Source: Lingula anatina (taxonomy: Eukaryota > Animalia > Brachiopoda). From it: a stretch of 64,000 nucleotides of DNA. Numbering within the stretch: position 1 is the stretch's first letter; each line of letters opens with the position of its first letter. A program made the position numbers and the translations under genes. The notes under the pieces were generated by a model. It saw only the letters and a list, made by a program, of their open reading frames with translations, did not search any database and was not told the DNA's origin. Where the stretch lies: assembly GCA_051362555.1 (NCBI GenBank), contig CM120641.1, forward strand, positions 12,524,001 through 12,588,000, read 5' to 3'. This document shows positions 25,201 through 38,600 of this stretch, piece after piece.

Positions 25201-28200
25201 CAGATCACAATGTAACCTATCTACAACTTGAATTCTATGCTGGGACAAGTAATGAAAGCTTTCTTTGTGTCTAATACTTTTCATTCTATTTTAATCTTTC
25301 AGGCAAGCGTTCTGTGATTATGGAAACACAACTGCCTGAAGGCATGGAAGGAGTCCAAAGATTGCAGCAAATGGAGGAATGGATGGGAATGTGAGTCTTG
25401 TTTTGCTCAGATATCTTGTCTTGGGTCATAGAGACATCTGTTGGACTGCTTGTCAACTAAGTATTTCTCAGAGATGAATTTATCATATACTAATAGCAGT
25501 TTAGATCCCTACTATTAGTCAAAAGTCACTGTTTTTTTTTTTTTTTTTGTTTTTTTTTGTGAATCAAAAGTTGTTGCTTTTATAATTGTAGACCCAGAGA
25601 TGAGACTGATGCAGAGAAACCCAAACCCAAAGAGCCACCCAGATTTGTCCTTACCATGGAAAGTGAGGAGGTAGAGGAGGGGGATACTGCCAAGTTCATG
25701 GTGAAAGTAGATGGACATCCCCGTCCTAGAGTGACTTGGTGGCACAACCAGAGCATTGTTAGAGATGTAAGTGGTGCAGCTTGTCTTGTTTTGAATTGTG
25801 TGTCTTATGAGCTTTTTAATTGTGAAAAAAATATTTCTCAGTAACACAGGTGTGTAGTTATAGTAAAAATGTCAAGTGGATGAGGTTATTTATCATGAAT
25901 TTATAAGACATGTTAGATCTTAGCATGCAGTTCAGCTGCCCAGAAAAGATGAAATTTTGTCATTAGTTAAGGAAGGTGAAAAAAAAAATGGAAAGAAAAG
26001 ATACCAAAGGTGTATAATGTATACTTAAAAATTTGTTGTATTTTTTTGCAGGGAGCCAGATTCAAGATCCACTATGATGGTATGATCCACTACCTGTACA
26101 TTCCAAAGTGCAGAGAGTACAACCAGGGTGAGGTGCGCTGTGTGGCCAGGAACACGGAGGGACAGGTCGAGTGCTCCACCACCCTCAAGGTGAAGCCTCA
26201 AGAAGACTGGAGAGCCAGGCTGAAGAGAACTCCAGAACGTATGTCTTTTTTTTTTATATATGTGGTTGGAATATGCTTAAGTATATATGTATCAGAAAAA
26301 TTCAGTTTGATTTACACTGAACAACATTATTTGGATTTAATGGAAAGAAGATTTAGTATAAAATCCCGTATATTTATTTATAGCCATGTGGGGAGTAGTT
26401 ACAACCCATGGACCCAAGGCAGTAATTGAGAGCATAGAGGTCCTGGATAAGATCATGAAACCCAAAGATAGATCACAGATCAGGCAGGTTGAAAAAGGTA
26501 AGGAATTAAATATTGATACACATACAGAATTGCACTGTGTAGACAAAGTCTTGTTTAAAATGTTAAATCTTGGGGTTGCAGAGTTTCTGGTTGTATGTTA
26601 TCCCATTTTCTACCAAAAATTCATTTTAATCATTTTAGAAAAACAAGAGAAGATCAGTGCCTATGTTGTCCCAGAAAACAAGATGGCGGAGAGGGAGCTT
26701 CTTCAGACCCATGTTGACCTGCGCCATGCTAGCGCCACAAGTGATCTACTGCGCCACTCTCCCACAATGGAGACAGATGCAGAGGTACACATTGAAAGAG
26801 CTAAGGTACAGCTAGCAGCAGAAACTGATGAGGGAGCAGAGGCCAGGAAGAAGGTATGAATAAGAAGAAGCTGTTTCTGTGTGTGTGAAATCAAATAAGA
26901 CCTTAACATATATGCTGTGTTCTTTTGATGACATTGTTCACTTTGCTGCCAATGTGATCTACCAATATTATATGCAAGATCAACATAAGCAGTTTACTTA
27001 TTTTATTCTGTCATATTTAGGCCCTGCTAGAAAGAAAAGAGCCCCCAGTTTTCACGAAACCTGTGGAGCCCATCAAGACCAAGGAAGGGGTTGCTGTCAG
27101 GTTTGACGTGGAGTTCACTGGGTTTCCCACTCCAAACATCACATGGTACAGGGACAGCTTCCAGATTCAACCTTCTAGGGACTTCCAGGTATGGACAAGG
27201 GATAAAAAGAAGATTATGATTGGTTTACTTTTTTTTTGGTAAAAAATTCCATCATCTATAATGGATTTTTTGAAAATGACAGCTTAGAACAGAAAGTAGG
27301 ATGAGAAGGGCTGGTTTGCTAACTGTGGAACTCTGGTATTGGAAACAGGTACTAATTGTGACATTTTGTTTTAATGCCGTTTCAGATCTCCACTCAGTCG
27401 ACAAAGAGCACCCTGTTTATCCCAGAGGTGTTCCCAGAAGATGATGGCATGTATACAGTGAAGGCATCCAACCCATATGGCATGGTGGTCAGCAAGGGTA
27501 AACTGACTGTGCTGCGTAAGTGACATACATTTGATAATAAATGTATATAATAAATTGATCATTACATTCTTGTTGAATAAGTTTTCAGATTGCTACTAGA
27601 TAGAAATATTTTAGAGTGCTTTTTCTTGTTGAATAAGTTTTAAGAGTGCTATTAGATAGATATATTTTTTGCAAAAATATGATAATTGAATGATTTTCTC
27701 ATCTTTTGAAATTATTTGCATTTCTCACAAGAAATGGCATAAAGCACTTAACAGAGATGCTGCAGATGTATCCATTTTCCTTGAAAAAATTATAACCATA
27801 TTGCTTTTAGATCACCTTTCATGAAATACTCACTGTCACAAATACAGATCGCTGTCACTGTCATGATTGACAACCGTACTATTTTAGCTGCCGATGTTAA
27901 GGATGTGAAGAAAGACTCTCCCCCAGAGTTCCGTATCATGCTCAGAGACACCCGTGTGATAGAGCACCACCCAGCGACATTTGACTGTCAGGTACTGGGA
28001 CATCCTACACCAACTGTCTTCTGGAGGAAGGTAGGATATGTATTGAGTTTAAGGAATACATTATACTTGATGATGTTGATGATTAGAAATGTGAGGAGCT
28101 GGAGGATAATGGTTTCTATAGTAGTGTGTTAGTGGTGTTTATTATAACAACAATAATGACATTTGACTGTTTGTACTACATTTGTTAAGTATGTACCTTT

Positions 28201-29579
28201 TTGGTCCATGCTTTTTTTATTATGATTACTTGCTAAAATTTCTGTAAGAAATATCCCCATTATTTATCATGGTGGTTCCCTGACATCCAAAAAACATAAA
28301 ACTTTTGGTGTTACAACTGACCTTTATTTTTATCAGAATGGCAAGAAACTGGAAGAAAACATCCGCTGGAAATTCATTTATCCAGAACATGAGCATGGCA
28401 GCCATACCTTCCTGATCTATGAAACGATGCCTGAAGACCAAGGCACATATGAGTGCATTGCTGAAAACCCAACTGGCAAGGCTACATCCGTGGCCAAACT
28501 GACTGTGGAAAGTAAGAATGATTCTTATTTTTAAGTGATAGGTATTCAGAAAGAGCAAAAAAAAAAAAAATAGAATAAAATAAATAATAATAAATAAATA
28601 AATAAAATGAAATGAAATGAAGGTCTTTTTGGAGTGTTGAAAGAACTATCAAATGACTAAACTGGGCTGCAGATCTGGACATCCACTAGATAATGAAATC
28701 AAATTCATTATTGTTTGTGTGACAATTTTGTGTTTAGTCCATTTGAAATTATGATTGACTAAGATGCAGTTCAAAAATTTCATTTTAAGAATATCCCCCC
28801 TTGTTATTTTAGCTGCCAAAGTTCCAGCAACACCAGAGACTCCAGCCCCTGAGCAGAAAGTCCCCCAGGTGGCGCCAAAGGTAGATCTCAAGATGGTGGA
28901 CCTGACTGTAAAAGAAGGAGAAGTAGCCACTTTCAAATGCAAGATTACTGGATCGCCAAGTAAGCATGTGGAATGGCAGTGGCAGAATAAAATATAAAAG
29001 TGGTGACAGGGTGTATTGCAAATTGGCAAAACTTACACAAATTCAGCATGCTTAAAATTTAACAGTATATTGAAATAGCAAAGTTTTATATTTGATAACT
29101 TAAAACATTTTACAATACACAGCATTATGTCTTCAAGCACATTATTTTTGTCATCTAATTTTGGGCTCGCAGTGTCTGTCAGTAGGTGTAATAGGTGTTA
29201 GGTGTAGGTGACTAGTTATTGTAAGTCTTAATATAGATAAAAATTGTGTATAAATAGCTGGATATTGAATAATCTTCATAAACTTGACTTTTTTGTTGTT
29301 TAAGAAATGATATGGTTATTTCTTATAGCCCCAGTTATTACCTGGTACCTAGACAACCAGGTCATCAAGCCATCCAAGTACTTCAAGATGGAGACTGTGG
29401 GTCCTGTCCACACCCTGACTGTCACCGAGGCCTTCCCAGAGGATGAGGGGCAGTACAGGTGTACTGCTGTCAACCCCAGTGGAGAGGCTTCTACCACAGC
29501 CTACCTCAACATAATAAGTAAGTTGATTGGGATGCAGAAGGTGCATTTTACTCTGGCAAAATAAGACTGGCTGATTTCA

Positions 29580-29623
<44 letters not shown>

Positions 29624-32600
29624 AAAGGGAGACTAGAAAAGCACTTACAGAGTCTGAACTCTGACTAGGCAGCTCAGTTTTAGTCATTGATTAATTGATG
29701 GTTCACCACCAAAGTCACATCTCTTCTAAGTTAGCCCATGTCTGACCTATCCTGAAAACCTGAAAACCAACAAAAGCAAATACATTTATCTCCTTGGTAG
29801 AGTTGGTCTAATAGACATATTAAGAAGTAAGCTGTAGACCTCAGTGTTGTTATAGCCATAATTATCATCAACTGATAGACATCAGTCATTTAATGTTGAA
29901 CTTTTGTAGTGCCAAGATGTATGTGTGATAAAGACCTGATAGCAATCCATTGATAATATTTAAGTACTTACGTGGAGGGTTCATAAGTTAAATTTAACAC
30001 AGAGCAGTACATTTTCTTGTTAACAGAATCATGTTTTGTATTTTCCTTCTTTCTAGTGCCTGTTACAGAAGAAGAAAAACCACCAGCTGAGGAGGTTGAA
30101 GGACCACGTTTCATCAAGCCTATTGCCAGTGTGGACATCATGGAGGGCAACCCTGTCACTTTTGAAGCTCAAATTGAAGGCAAGCCTGCCCCCGAGGTCA
30201 CCTGGTTCAGAGAGGGTGTGGCCATTAAACCTTCAGCCGACTTCCAGGTACTTCTGTAAAATAAAAACTTACAGGAATTTTATGAAAGTTTTTACTCTTT
30301 AGTCTTGGTTTTATGGACAGATATTCATTTTGATTCAACATTTGAAAGTAAGAATTGTGACACCATAAAGATGTTGTCATAAAGTGACTTGGAATCAGAA
30401 TTTTACCCATTAACAATTTATTGATGATGTGGATACAGCTGTAATATTATTTCTTTATTGTAAGCATACATTATATTACATTTTAACAATAAAAATACGT
30501 TTTAATATATATTCATGGTATTGATAGCAGTTGAGCAGTTAAGTGTCACAATAACATTGCAACATTGAATCATTTTCAGATTCTGAAAGAAGGCAACCGC
30601 GCAGTCCTGATCATTAAAGAGGCATTCCCAGAGGATTCTGGCATTATCACCATTCAGATCAAGAACTCTGTGGGTGTGGCCGAATGCTCTGCACAGCTCT
30701 ATGTGGAAGGTAACTCCCACTGGCAGGAATTAGCATGTGTTTTGCACAAATATTTTTTTCCTTTTCAATCCCAGCGGAGTCCGGCTAGCGGGGCACACCC
30801 ATGGGGCGTATGGGTTTGGTCCGACAGCCTGGCTGTTGCATTTTTCTTTTGAAGACATTTGGTGGAGCTAGTTCAGTCTAAACTGGTGAAGCTAATTGTT
30901 AATGATATTTTTATATGACTGTGTGGAACTTTGCCTCTCTTAGTCCACAGATTCTGTGTTGAGTTCTTTATCTCAGCTTGAGCAGTTTGAAAAGTGTGCT
31001 GAATCTGATGTTTGAGGTATGAGGAATGAGAAATGATACTGAATGAAAAGCATGGTGTTGACAAGTGTTCAGGTTGCGAGTTGTTATTGTTGTTTGTTTG
31101 ATTCATTTGATTTTTTTTTACAAAATAATGTTGGAATTCATACAAATTTGTTTGTTAAACCACATATTTGTGATCATGTTCTATTTTTTAAGATTTATTC
31201 TAACATTTATCTGAGGAATACCATTGTGTCAGCATGCAATCTTATTCAAATCTTGGAAAAAAGATCACATTTATTTTCATTTATCAAATTTGATTGCATG
31301 TCGTGTTTGATTGATTTCACATTTTGTTTCATATTATTTCTCTTGGAAATATGATTTTAAAAATTCAGCATGCCACTTTATACTTTATAAAAACATCACG
31401 AGGGCATGTTTTTGGAGTTAAGATGAAGTGACAAATAAATCTAATAACATTTGGGAGAAGATGACTCTATAGCAAACAAGCATGCCACCCCAAAGGAGTT
31501 TATCCAGATGAAAGGTTAATATACAACTCGGCTGCATGGGTTTGGAGTGAACAGAAAGTGGCTCCATCTGTCAGCTGCATGAGTTTGAAGTGAAGATAGT
31601 GGCACCACCTATTGGCTTGAAGAGAAATCAAACAGTGCATGAAACAAAAAGCCAGAAGTTAACCAGATTTTTTGCACCAAGTAGTAAGTATATTCAGTCA
31701 CCTGCTAAAAGCATGCTTCAGATAGCATTAGGAAGGTCCCTATTTGAATATATATAAACTTTTACATATATATTCATTATGTCCCAATTTCTAAAAGTGC
31801 CTTAATACAATGTATTCACTTTAAGGTTCACTGCTTAATTGCCGTATTAGATGCTTAAGAGTTTTGAAGTGCATTTCTATCTAGTAGGTCCGTATTTTCT
31901 GTATTTTTTAGATGCTTTGTTTGTTAAAACAATTTTAAGAGCTTTTTGTTTTCAGAAAGTTTTTTGAAAAAGTTGTATGTTTGATTTTATTTACTGATCA
32001 GAAATAACTTTCCATTTAATTTACTTAAATATATCTTTAAAAAGGCATTTCAACATAACAAGTCTAAGGATATTTGTTCTCTGTAAGTTTTTTATTTACT
32101 TGTTGTTTTTATCATTGCATTACTGTGTTGCCATTGTAGAAGAAGTTAGCTCCCATGAAAAGGAGGTTACTGATGCTACATATGTGCTGCAGATGCCAGA
32201 TATAGATCAAGAGGAAAGGGAACTCACTGAAAAGATCATATCTGAAGTATGTGTGATACACAAAAATGAAGGAAATTTTTTGAAAGGATTTACGGAAAAA
32301 ATTATCACAAAGACCAAGATGAATTCTTTCTGGTTAATGTAAAAAAAAAAAAGAAATTTGCATTTAACTCTGGCAGAAAATGTTTTACAACAAAAGTTAG
32401 CAAATTTTACAAAAAATTTAACAAGTTTGGAAAGTGGACTTTTTAAGGAAAAGTGTTGCAAAATAATTTTTAGTTTGAGATGAAAATTAACTTAAATAGT
32501 TTGACACGTTTTCAGATCTTACATTTAAAATCATTATTAATCTGTTATTATTTGTTTCAGGAGGAGCTCGAAAAAGACCAGCAGAGAGAGGTTGAGGTCC

Positions 32601-35600
32601 GCATTGGCAAGATTTCTCAGCCAATCAAACCAGCTGTTATCAAACCTATAGTCCCAACAATCACTGTAGGCAGAGGAAAGACTGCCAGGTATTTACTGAA
32701 TGTTTCATGATTGAAAAAGTAAAAGAGATGGATGCATTATATCTTTCTTTCTGTGCCTTTTACATTTTTTATTAAATAAGAGAAAAATGATTTGCTTAGA
32801 TTTTAAGAGCAAACAAAGAATAGAATCATGAGATTTTTGAATTTTGTGTACTGAAGTAATTCTTAACGATGCAGAGGTCAACAGAAATAATATAAACAAA
32901 GTGCTTTATTATTTAGTTTAGGTTTTATAGCATTGTATCATGTAGAGTTTGATATCTATGATTATTCTGTTTCAGACTTGATGTCCAGGTTGCAAGTTTC
33001 CCACCTCCCAAATTTAAATGGTTTGTCAACGGCATGGAGATTGTTCCATCCAAGAAGTTCCAGGTTTTCATGGAAGGTAGCGTCATCTCTCTGATTATAG
33101 TCAACGTTGACGAGAAGGACCTTGGCGAGTATGTGCTCCGGGTCTGGAATGATATGGGAGAAGTTGTCTGCAAGACCACTCTCAACATACCAGGTAGGTG
33201 TTACTCTCATTTATTTTTACTCATATATTTATAATCAGTATGAGCTACACATTCTGGGCATGCCCTACAACAAAAATAATATAGGATAAAATTTGATTAC
33301 TGAGTGACTTTTGTTTAGTGATTGTGCATGATGGTTGATTCGTAGAAAGAATAGAGTGAATATAAAGTTGTTTTATCATTTGTAGCTTCAGAAAAGGAGG
33401 TTGTAATCACAATGCCTCCAGAATTCAAGAAGCCACCTAGACAAGAGGTCAAGACGCAGCCAGGAAAAGTAGCCAAGTATGTTCACTGCATGATTGAAAA
33501 CAACTACTTAATTTCCACTCGTTTGATGATAGTAGTGATTTTGAAGAATCTGGTTGTCTGACATAAAAAATACTAATCAATGATCTTATGCTTGTTAGTG
33601 ATGTCAAGACTGCTTTTTGCATCACAAAAATTGTATTTTTTATGCTGGTACAAAAAATTCCTAAGAAAATTATAACTGAGGAAGAAACAGAGTTGGTGTC
33701 AGTTTTGATGTAAACCAATGGCAAGTACTCGTGTTATTCTCAGGATTGAATGCTTGGTCCAGGCCTACCCACCACCAAAGGTTACTTGGTACAAGGACAA
33801 GGACATAGAACTCCAGCAGTCTTCTAAATACCAGATGACCACCAAGGAACATGTGGTCATTAATGAGCGTATCTGTATCTTGACCATCAATGATATCCAG
33901 CCTGAAGACACTGGGGATTACACTGTCCGTGCTGAGAACAAGCTTGGTGAAGTAACCTGTAGGACTTCTCTGGTCATTGCTCGTAAGTGGACTAAAATAG
34001 TGATTATGTTTCAGCACATTGTATATTTAATGATCTTTTTTCATTTATTTTATAACAAAATGCTTTAATGTTTAGATTAAGTGATTGGTACTGTTGTTAT
34101 TTTATTATAAATTTCCATTGTTGATTTTAATGAAACCAAATTAATTATGGAAAAAACATGTATTTTAGCTGAAACTAAGGATATAGAATTGGTTGAGGGA
34201 GTGGAGACAGTCACCACCACCACAGTGACTGAGAAAGTGACCAGAACCATGGACTATACTGAGGAGGAAGAGGACAGGAGAATGACTGTCACCAGAGGTC
34301 CTCCACAGTTCACAGAGCCACTGAAACCTGAGATCAGAGTGCCTGTCAGAGGCATTGCCAGGTACTGTTTTTATTAACTCTCCTGAATCCTTAAACACAA
34401 AGCTTGATATGCAATGCACTGTTAAGTCAATTTGATGTTGCAAATAAAGTGTGTGGATCAGGTTATCACTATGACCTCAACTAAACTCTTAACACTTGCA
34501 GACAGTGCATAGTATGTTTCTGCATAACACAACCACCATCCTTTTTCCAGACTGGAGTGTGTTGTCCAGGCCCAGCCACCACCCATTGTGTCCTGGTATG
34601 TTAATGGAGAGGAGCTGTACCCAGGTCCTCACTACGAAATCTTGACTGAGGATGACAAGGCAGTCCTGCTTATCATTGATGTTGGTCCTCAGGATACTGG
34701 AGAGTATACATGTAGGGCCAAGTCTGAGGAAGGAGAGGCCATCAGCAGTACTACTCTCTATGTTGGTGAGTGTGAAGTGCATTTATATCTAATAATACAT
34801 ATATCATGTTTATGTCTATATTAAAACTCTTGAAATTGGTCCTGGTTTTGAGTTCTAGAGTGAGCTGTGCTTTGGAACAGTGGCTTTCCCTATGTTATTT
34901 AACTTGCTCGAGTTCTGTGATATAGTTTCTTATTAATCAAAAAATAATTTTTCAAAAAATAAGAAATAAAAAAATAAATAATTGGTAAATGAAATGAATA
35001 AAATGAAAATAAGGAGTTGGTATTTTGAATTACACTTTAAACAAATCTGATGAAAATCAAAGCACCATAGCAGAAGGATAACTGTGTCTATGATATAACA
35101 GAACCAGAAAGAGCTGTTGAGCAGCAACCACCCAGCAAAGAAGAAGAGATGATCCCACCAGAGTTCACCAAGCCCTTGGAGCCATTCGTTGCCACCGATG
35201 GTGATGAAGTTGTCATGCGCATCAATGTCACCGGCAAACCTGCTCCATCAGTCTCCTGGTACTTCAATGACAACTGCATTGATGACAGCGAGGATTTCAT
35301 TATCAAGTATAACCCAGACACTGGGGACAGTGTCTTGACTATTGTGGAGGTGTTCCCTGAAGATCAAGGAGAGTACAAATGTGTGGCTCTGAACCCTGTG
35401 GGAGAGGCTGTCTGTGTGGCTGGGCTGCAGGTGCTGGATGTGATCTCCACAACTGAAGAGGAACCCATGCCTGATGTCATGACAATGTCTGCCACGGTGA
35501 GGGGTCCCTTGGTAATAAAGTTACATTTGATAGTGATTTATTCTTAAAAGATCAGGTGTATTTTAAAGTAGTTCATTTGTGAGCTGTTTTATGTTCCCTT

Positions 35601-38600
35601 AGCTTCCCCAGGAAAGAAACTTTAAAATAATTAAATTAAGCTGCGATGAAGTATTATGTGTTTATATGTTATATTCTATTAATGCCAGGTATGGATAGTG
35701 ATATATGTCTCATTTGTGAATGTCAATGTCAACAGACCAGCTGAGCAAAGAAATTTGAAAGTGGATTTATCCCTAAATTTCAAGATATCCTGTTTCAGAG
35801 TGAGACAATAGAACAAGCCTATGAAGCAGAACAGGCTGCTTTCACCATTCAGATCCCTGCAATGGGACCTGAAGAGGAAGAGCAGGAGATGGAGGTGGAA
35901 GAGACCCCAGAGATTGTCATAGAAGAGAGAAGAGAGGTAGTCACTACAACCACGGATGACACGGAAGAAGCTTTCACTGTAGAGATTTTTGCAGAAGAAG
36001 AGGCACCAGAAGAGGAAGTGCCAGAGGAAAAACCAGCTGTTGTTGAGGTGCCAGTATCAAAACCAGAAGAGGCACCAAAAGAGGCACCAAAAGAGGCTCC
36101 AGTGGAAGAGAAACCAGCTGTCCCAATTGCCACAGAGGCTAAAGCAGAGCCAACACCAGAGGTTGCTCCTACTCAAGAGGTGGAGATGACTTTGCAGGTG
36201 AAACAGGAGCCTGTAACTCCCAGCCCAACTCCTATTACTGGCGAAGAACAAGTGGAAACTGCTGATGTAACTCAGGTAATTGGAGCTGTGCAGCAAATCT
36301 TGATTGACACCAAAGGGAAGGAAGATGTCGCCATAGACAGCACTACCAGAACTGAAGAGACTATCACACAGGATCAGGTGGATACACCTTCCAGGGTGAC
36401 TGAGACCATTACCGTGGAGAAAGACCAACAACCTGAGGCTGTTGAGATGCAATTTGTCATCGAAGAACAGCCACAGGTCACAGAGGAAGTCACGAGGGTC
36501 GAGACTCAGGTGACAGAGGTACGGGAAGAGATGATTCCACCTAAATTCACTGTCCCCATCAAACCCCAGGCAGTCAAGGATGGCGATGAGGTGACCTTCA
36601 CCTGTACTGTGATCGGGAAACCCACTCCTAAAATCACCTGGTACAAGGATCATAAAGAGTTTGACTTGAACAGCGATATGAGGATCGCTTTTGATGAAGA
36701 GACTGGAGTTGCCACATTTGAGTTGTTGTTTGTCACTCAAGATGATCAGGCCATCTACACTGTGTGTGCTGAGAACCCTGCTGGCAAGGCCACAGTCACA
36801 GCTAACTTGATTGTGCTGCGTAAGTAGCCTTCACATTATAGAATTCTAAGAAATTTTAGGGAGATACAGAATCACTTGATAAAACTGATAAAAATACCAT
36901 GTATAATGATTATAGAGTAAAAGTAACTGTAACTAAAAGTTATGATGAGAAGTTTTGAAAATTCACTTTCTCTTTATTTTTTTCTACAATGGATTTGAAA
37001 AAGAAATTGATGCAGACATTTAATGTCCATATTTTAATAAGAAAAATAAGTATTAAAGTGAAATTATGAAGATCTCATCTTTTCCTTGTAGCTGCTGATG
37101 CTGGCCCCATCACCTCCACTACTACCACAGTGATGGAGAAGGAAGGCATAGTGGTCATGGATGAGAGAGGTCCTCAGTTTACCAAGATGCCGGAGCCAGT
37201 GCAGGTCACAGAGGGGCAGGATGCTAAGTAAGTTTTGAAAAAATCCAAAAGTATGTATACTGTATAATTAATACAGATAGTGCTATGCCTATAGCCTGCT
37301 GAGCTGGATGCCCACCAGTGGCCACACTGGCAGCTTTCATCAGGTGAAAAGCTTAAAACTGTAAGCTGACAGTTTTTACATGTGATTCATATGCATTGCT
37401 GTATATAGAGTAGTTGTCAGTGAGGTGTACAGAAAGTTGGTCATTGAGAATTAGGAAAGTATGTGGCCTCCATTTTTGGGTAATGTCCAAAGATGTGCTA
37501 ATTTTTCTTTCACACGGCATATTAATTTGCAATTTGTCTTTTATATAAGACTAAATAAATGTAGATAAATATGAGTACTGCCTATTAAATTTAGGTCTTT
37601 TGATTGGAAGTGCTGGATGTGAGTCCCTAATGAATGTCTTCCATGTGATCTAACTAACTGTTAATTGCTTACATTTCATTGTTAGGTTTGAAATTCAAGT
37701 TACTGGAAGCCCGGTGCCAACAGTTACCTGGTACAAGAGTGGTGTGGAGATCCACCCCTCAGACAGAGTGACCATTACTGTTGACAGTGGCCTGTCTGTT
37801 CTGAACATAAGCAAGGTCACTCCAGATGACAGTGGTGACTATGCGGTCAAAGCAGTCAATGAGTTTGGAGAGATGACCTGCAGGACAATGCTGATAATAA
37901 GGAGTAAGTAACTAGATGAAGACTCTCTTTGGATATTAATTTATCTTATTCTGATAAAAGTTTGTGTGTAAAGTGCTTGTTAGGTTATTTTTGACTTTTG
38001 TGAATCATTCTCATTTGACTTGTTTGTAATTTTAGAGGTACAAGAAGAGATGCACCCACCAAAATTCACCAAGCCTATAAAGCCACAGGTATGTCTTAAT
38101 TAAAGGTCACTGGAAAATGCAAATAACCTCAAAAAACCTATTCTAAATTGATAGTATGTGATGTAATAAAGTAATGGATTTGACATGCAGTGAAAAAAAT
38201 GTGACAGTTTTCATCATCTTCATTACAGGTTGTTCAAGATGGTGAGGATGTGACATTCAGTGCAGTGGTCACTGGAAAACCAACACCAGAAGTCACTTGG
38301 TATAGGGACCAGGTGGTTATCACCCCCAACGAGGACATTTCCATTACTTTTAATGAAGAAACTGGTGAATGCACACTGTTATTACGTGAAGTTTTCCCAG
38401 AGGACAGTGCTGTATACACTATTACTGCCACTAACCCTGCTGGGAAAGCTACCATTACAGCCAACCTGGTTGTGACTGAAAGTAAGTAACTAGAATCAAG
38501 TGGAGAAAAAAAAATTCACTGTTTATTTCAGCAGTAAATAATCATTCTTTTCCCTTAATGTTGTGGTATTTGTTAGAAAAACTAATTGTATCGGTGTACA

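Noticed and set aside
27566-27670. Imperfect tandem duplication of about 55 bp (similar small one at 8131-8173)
   Set aside because: Ordinary intronic slippage with no functional cue
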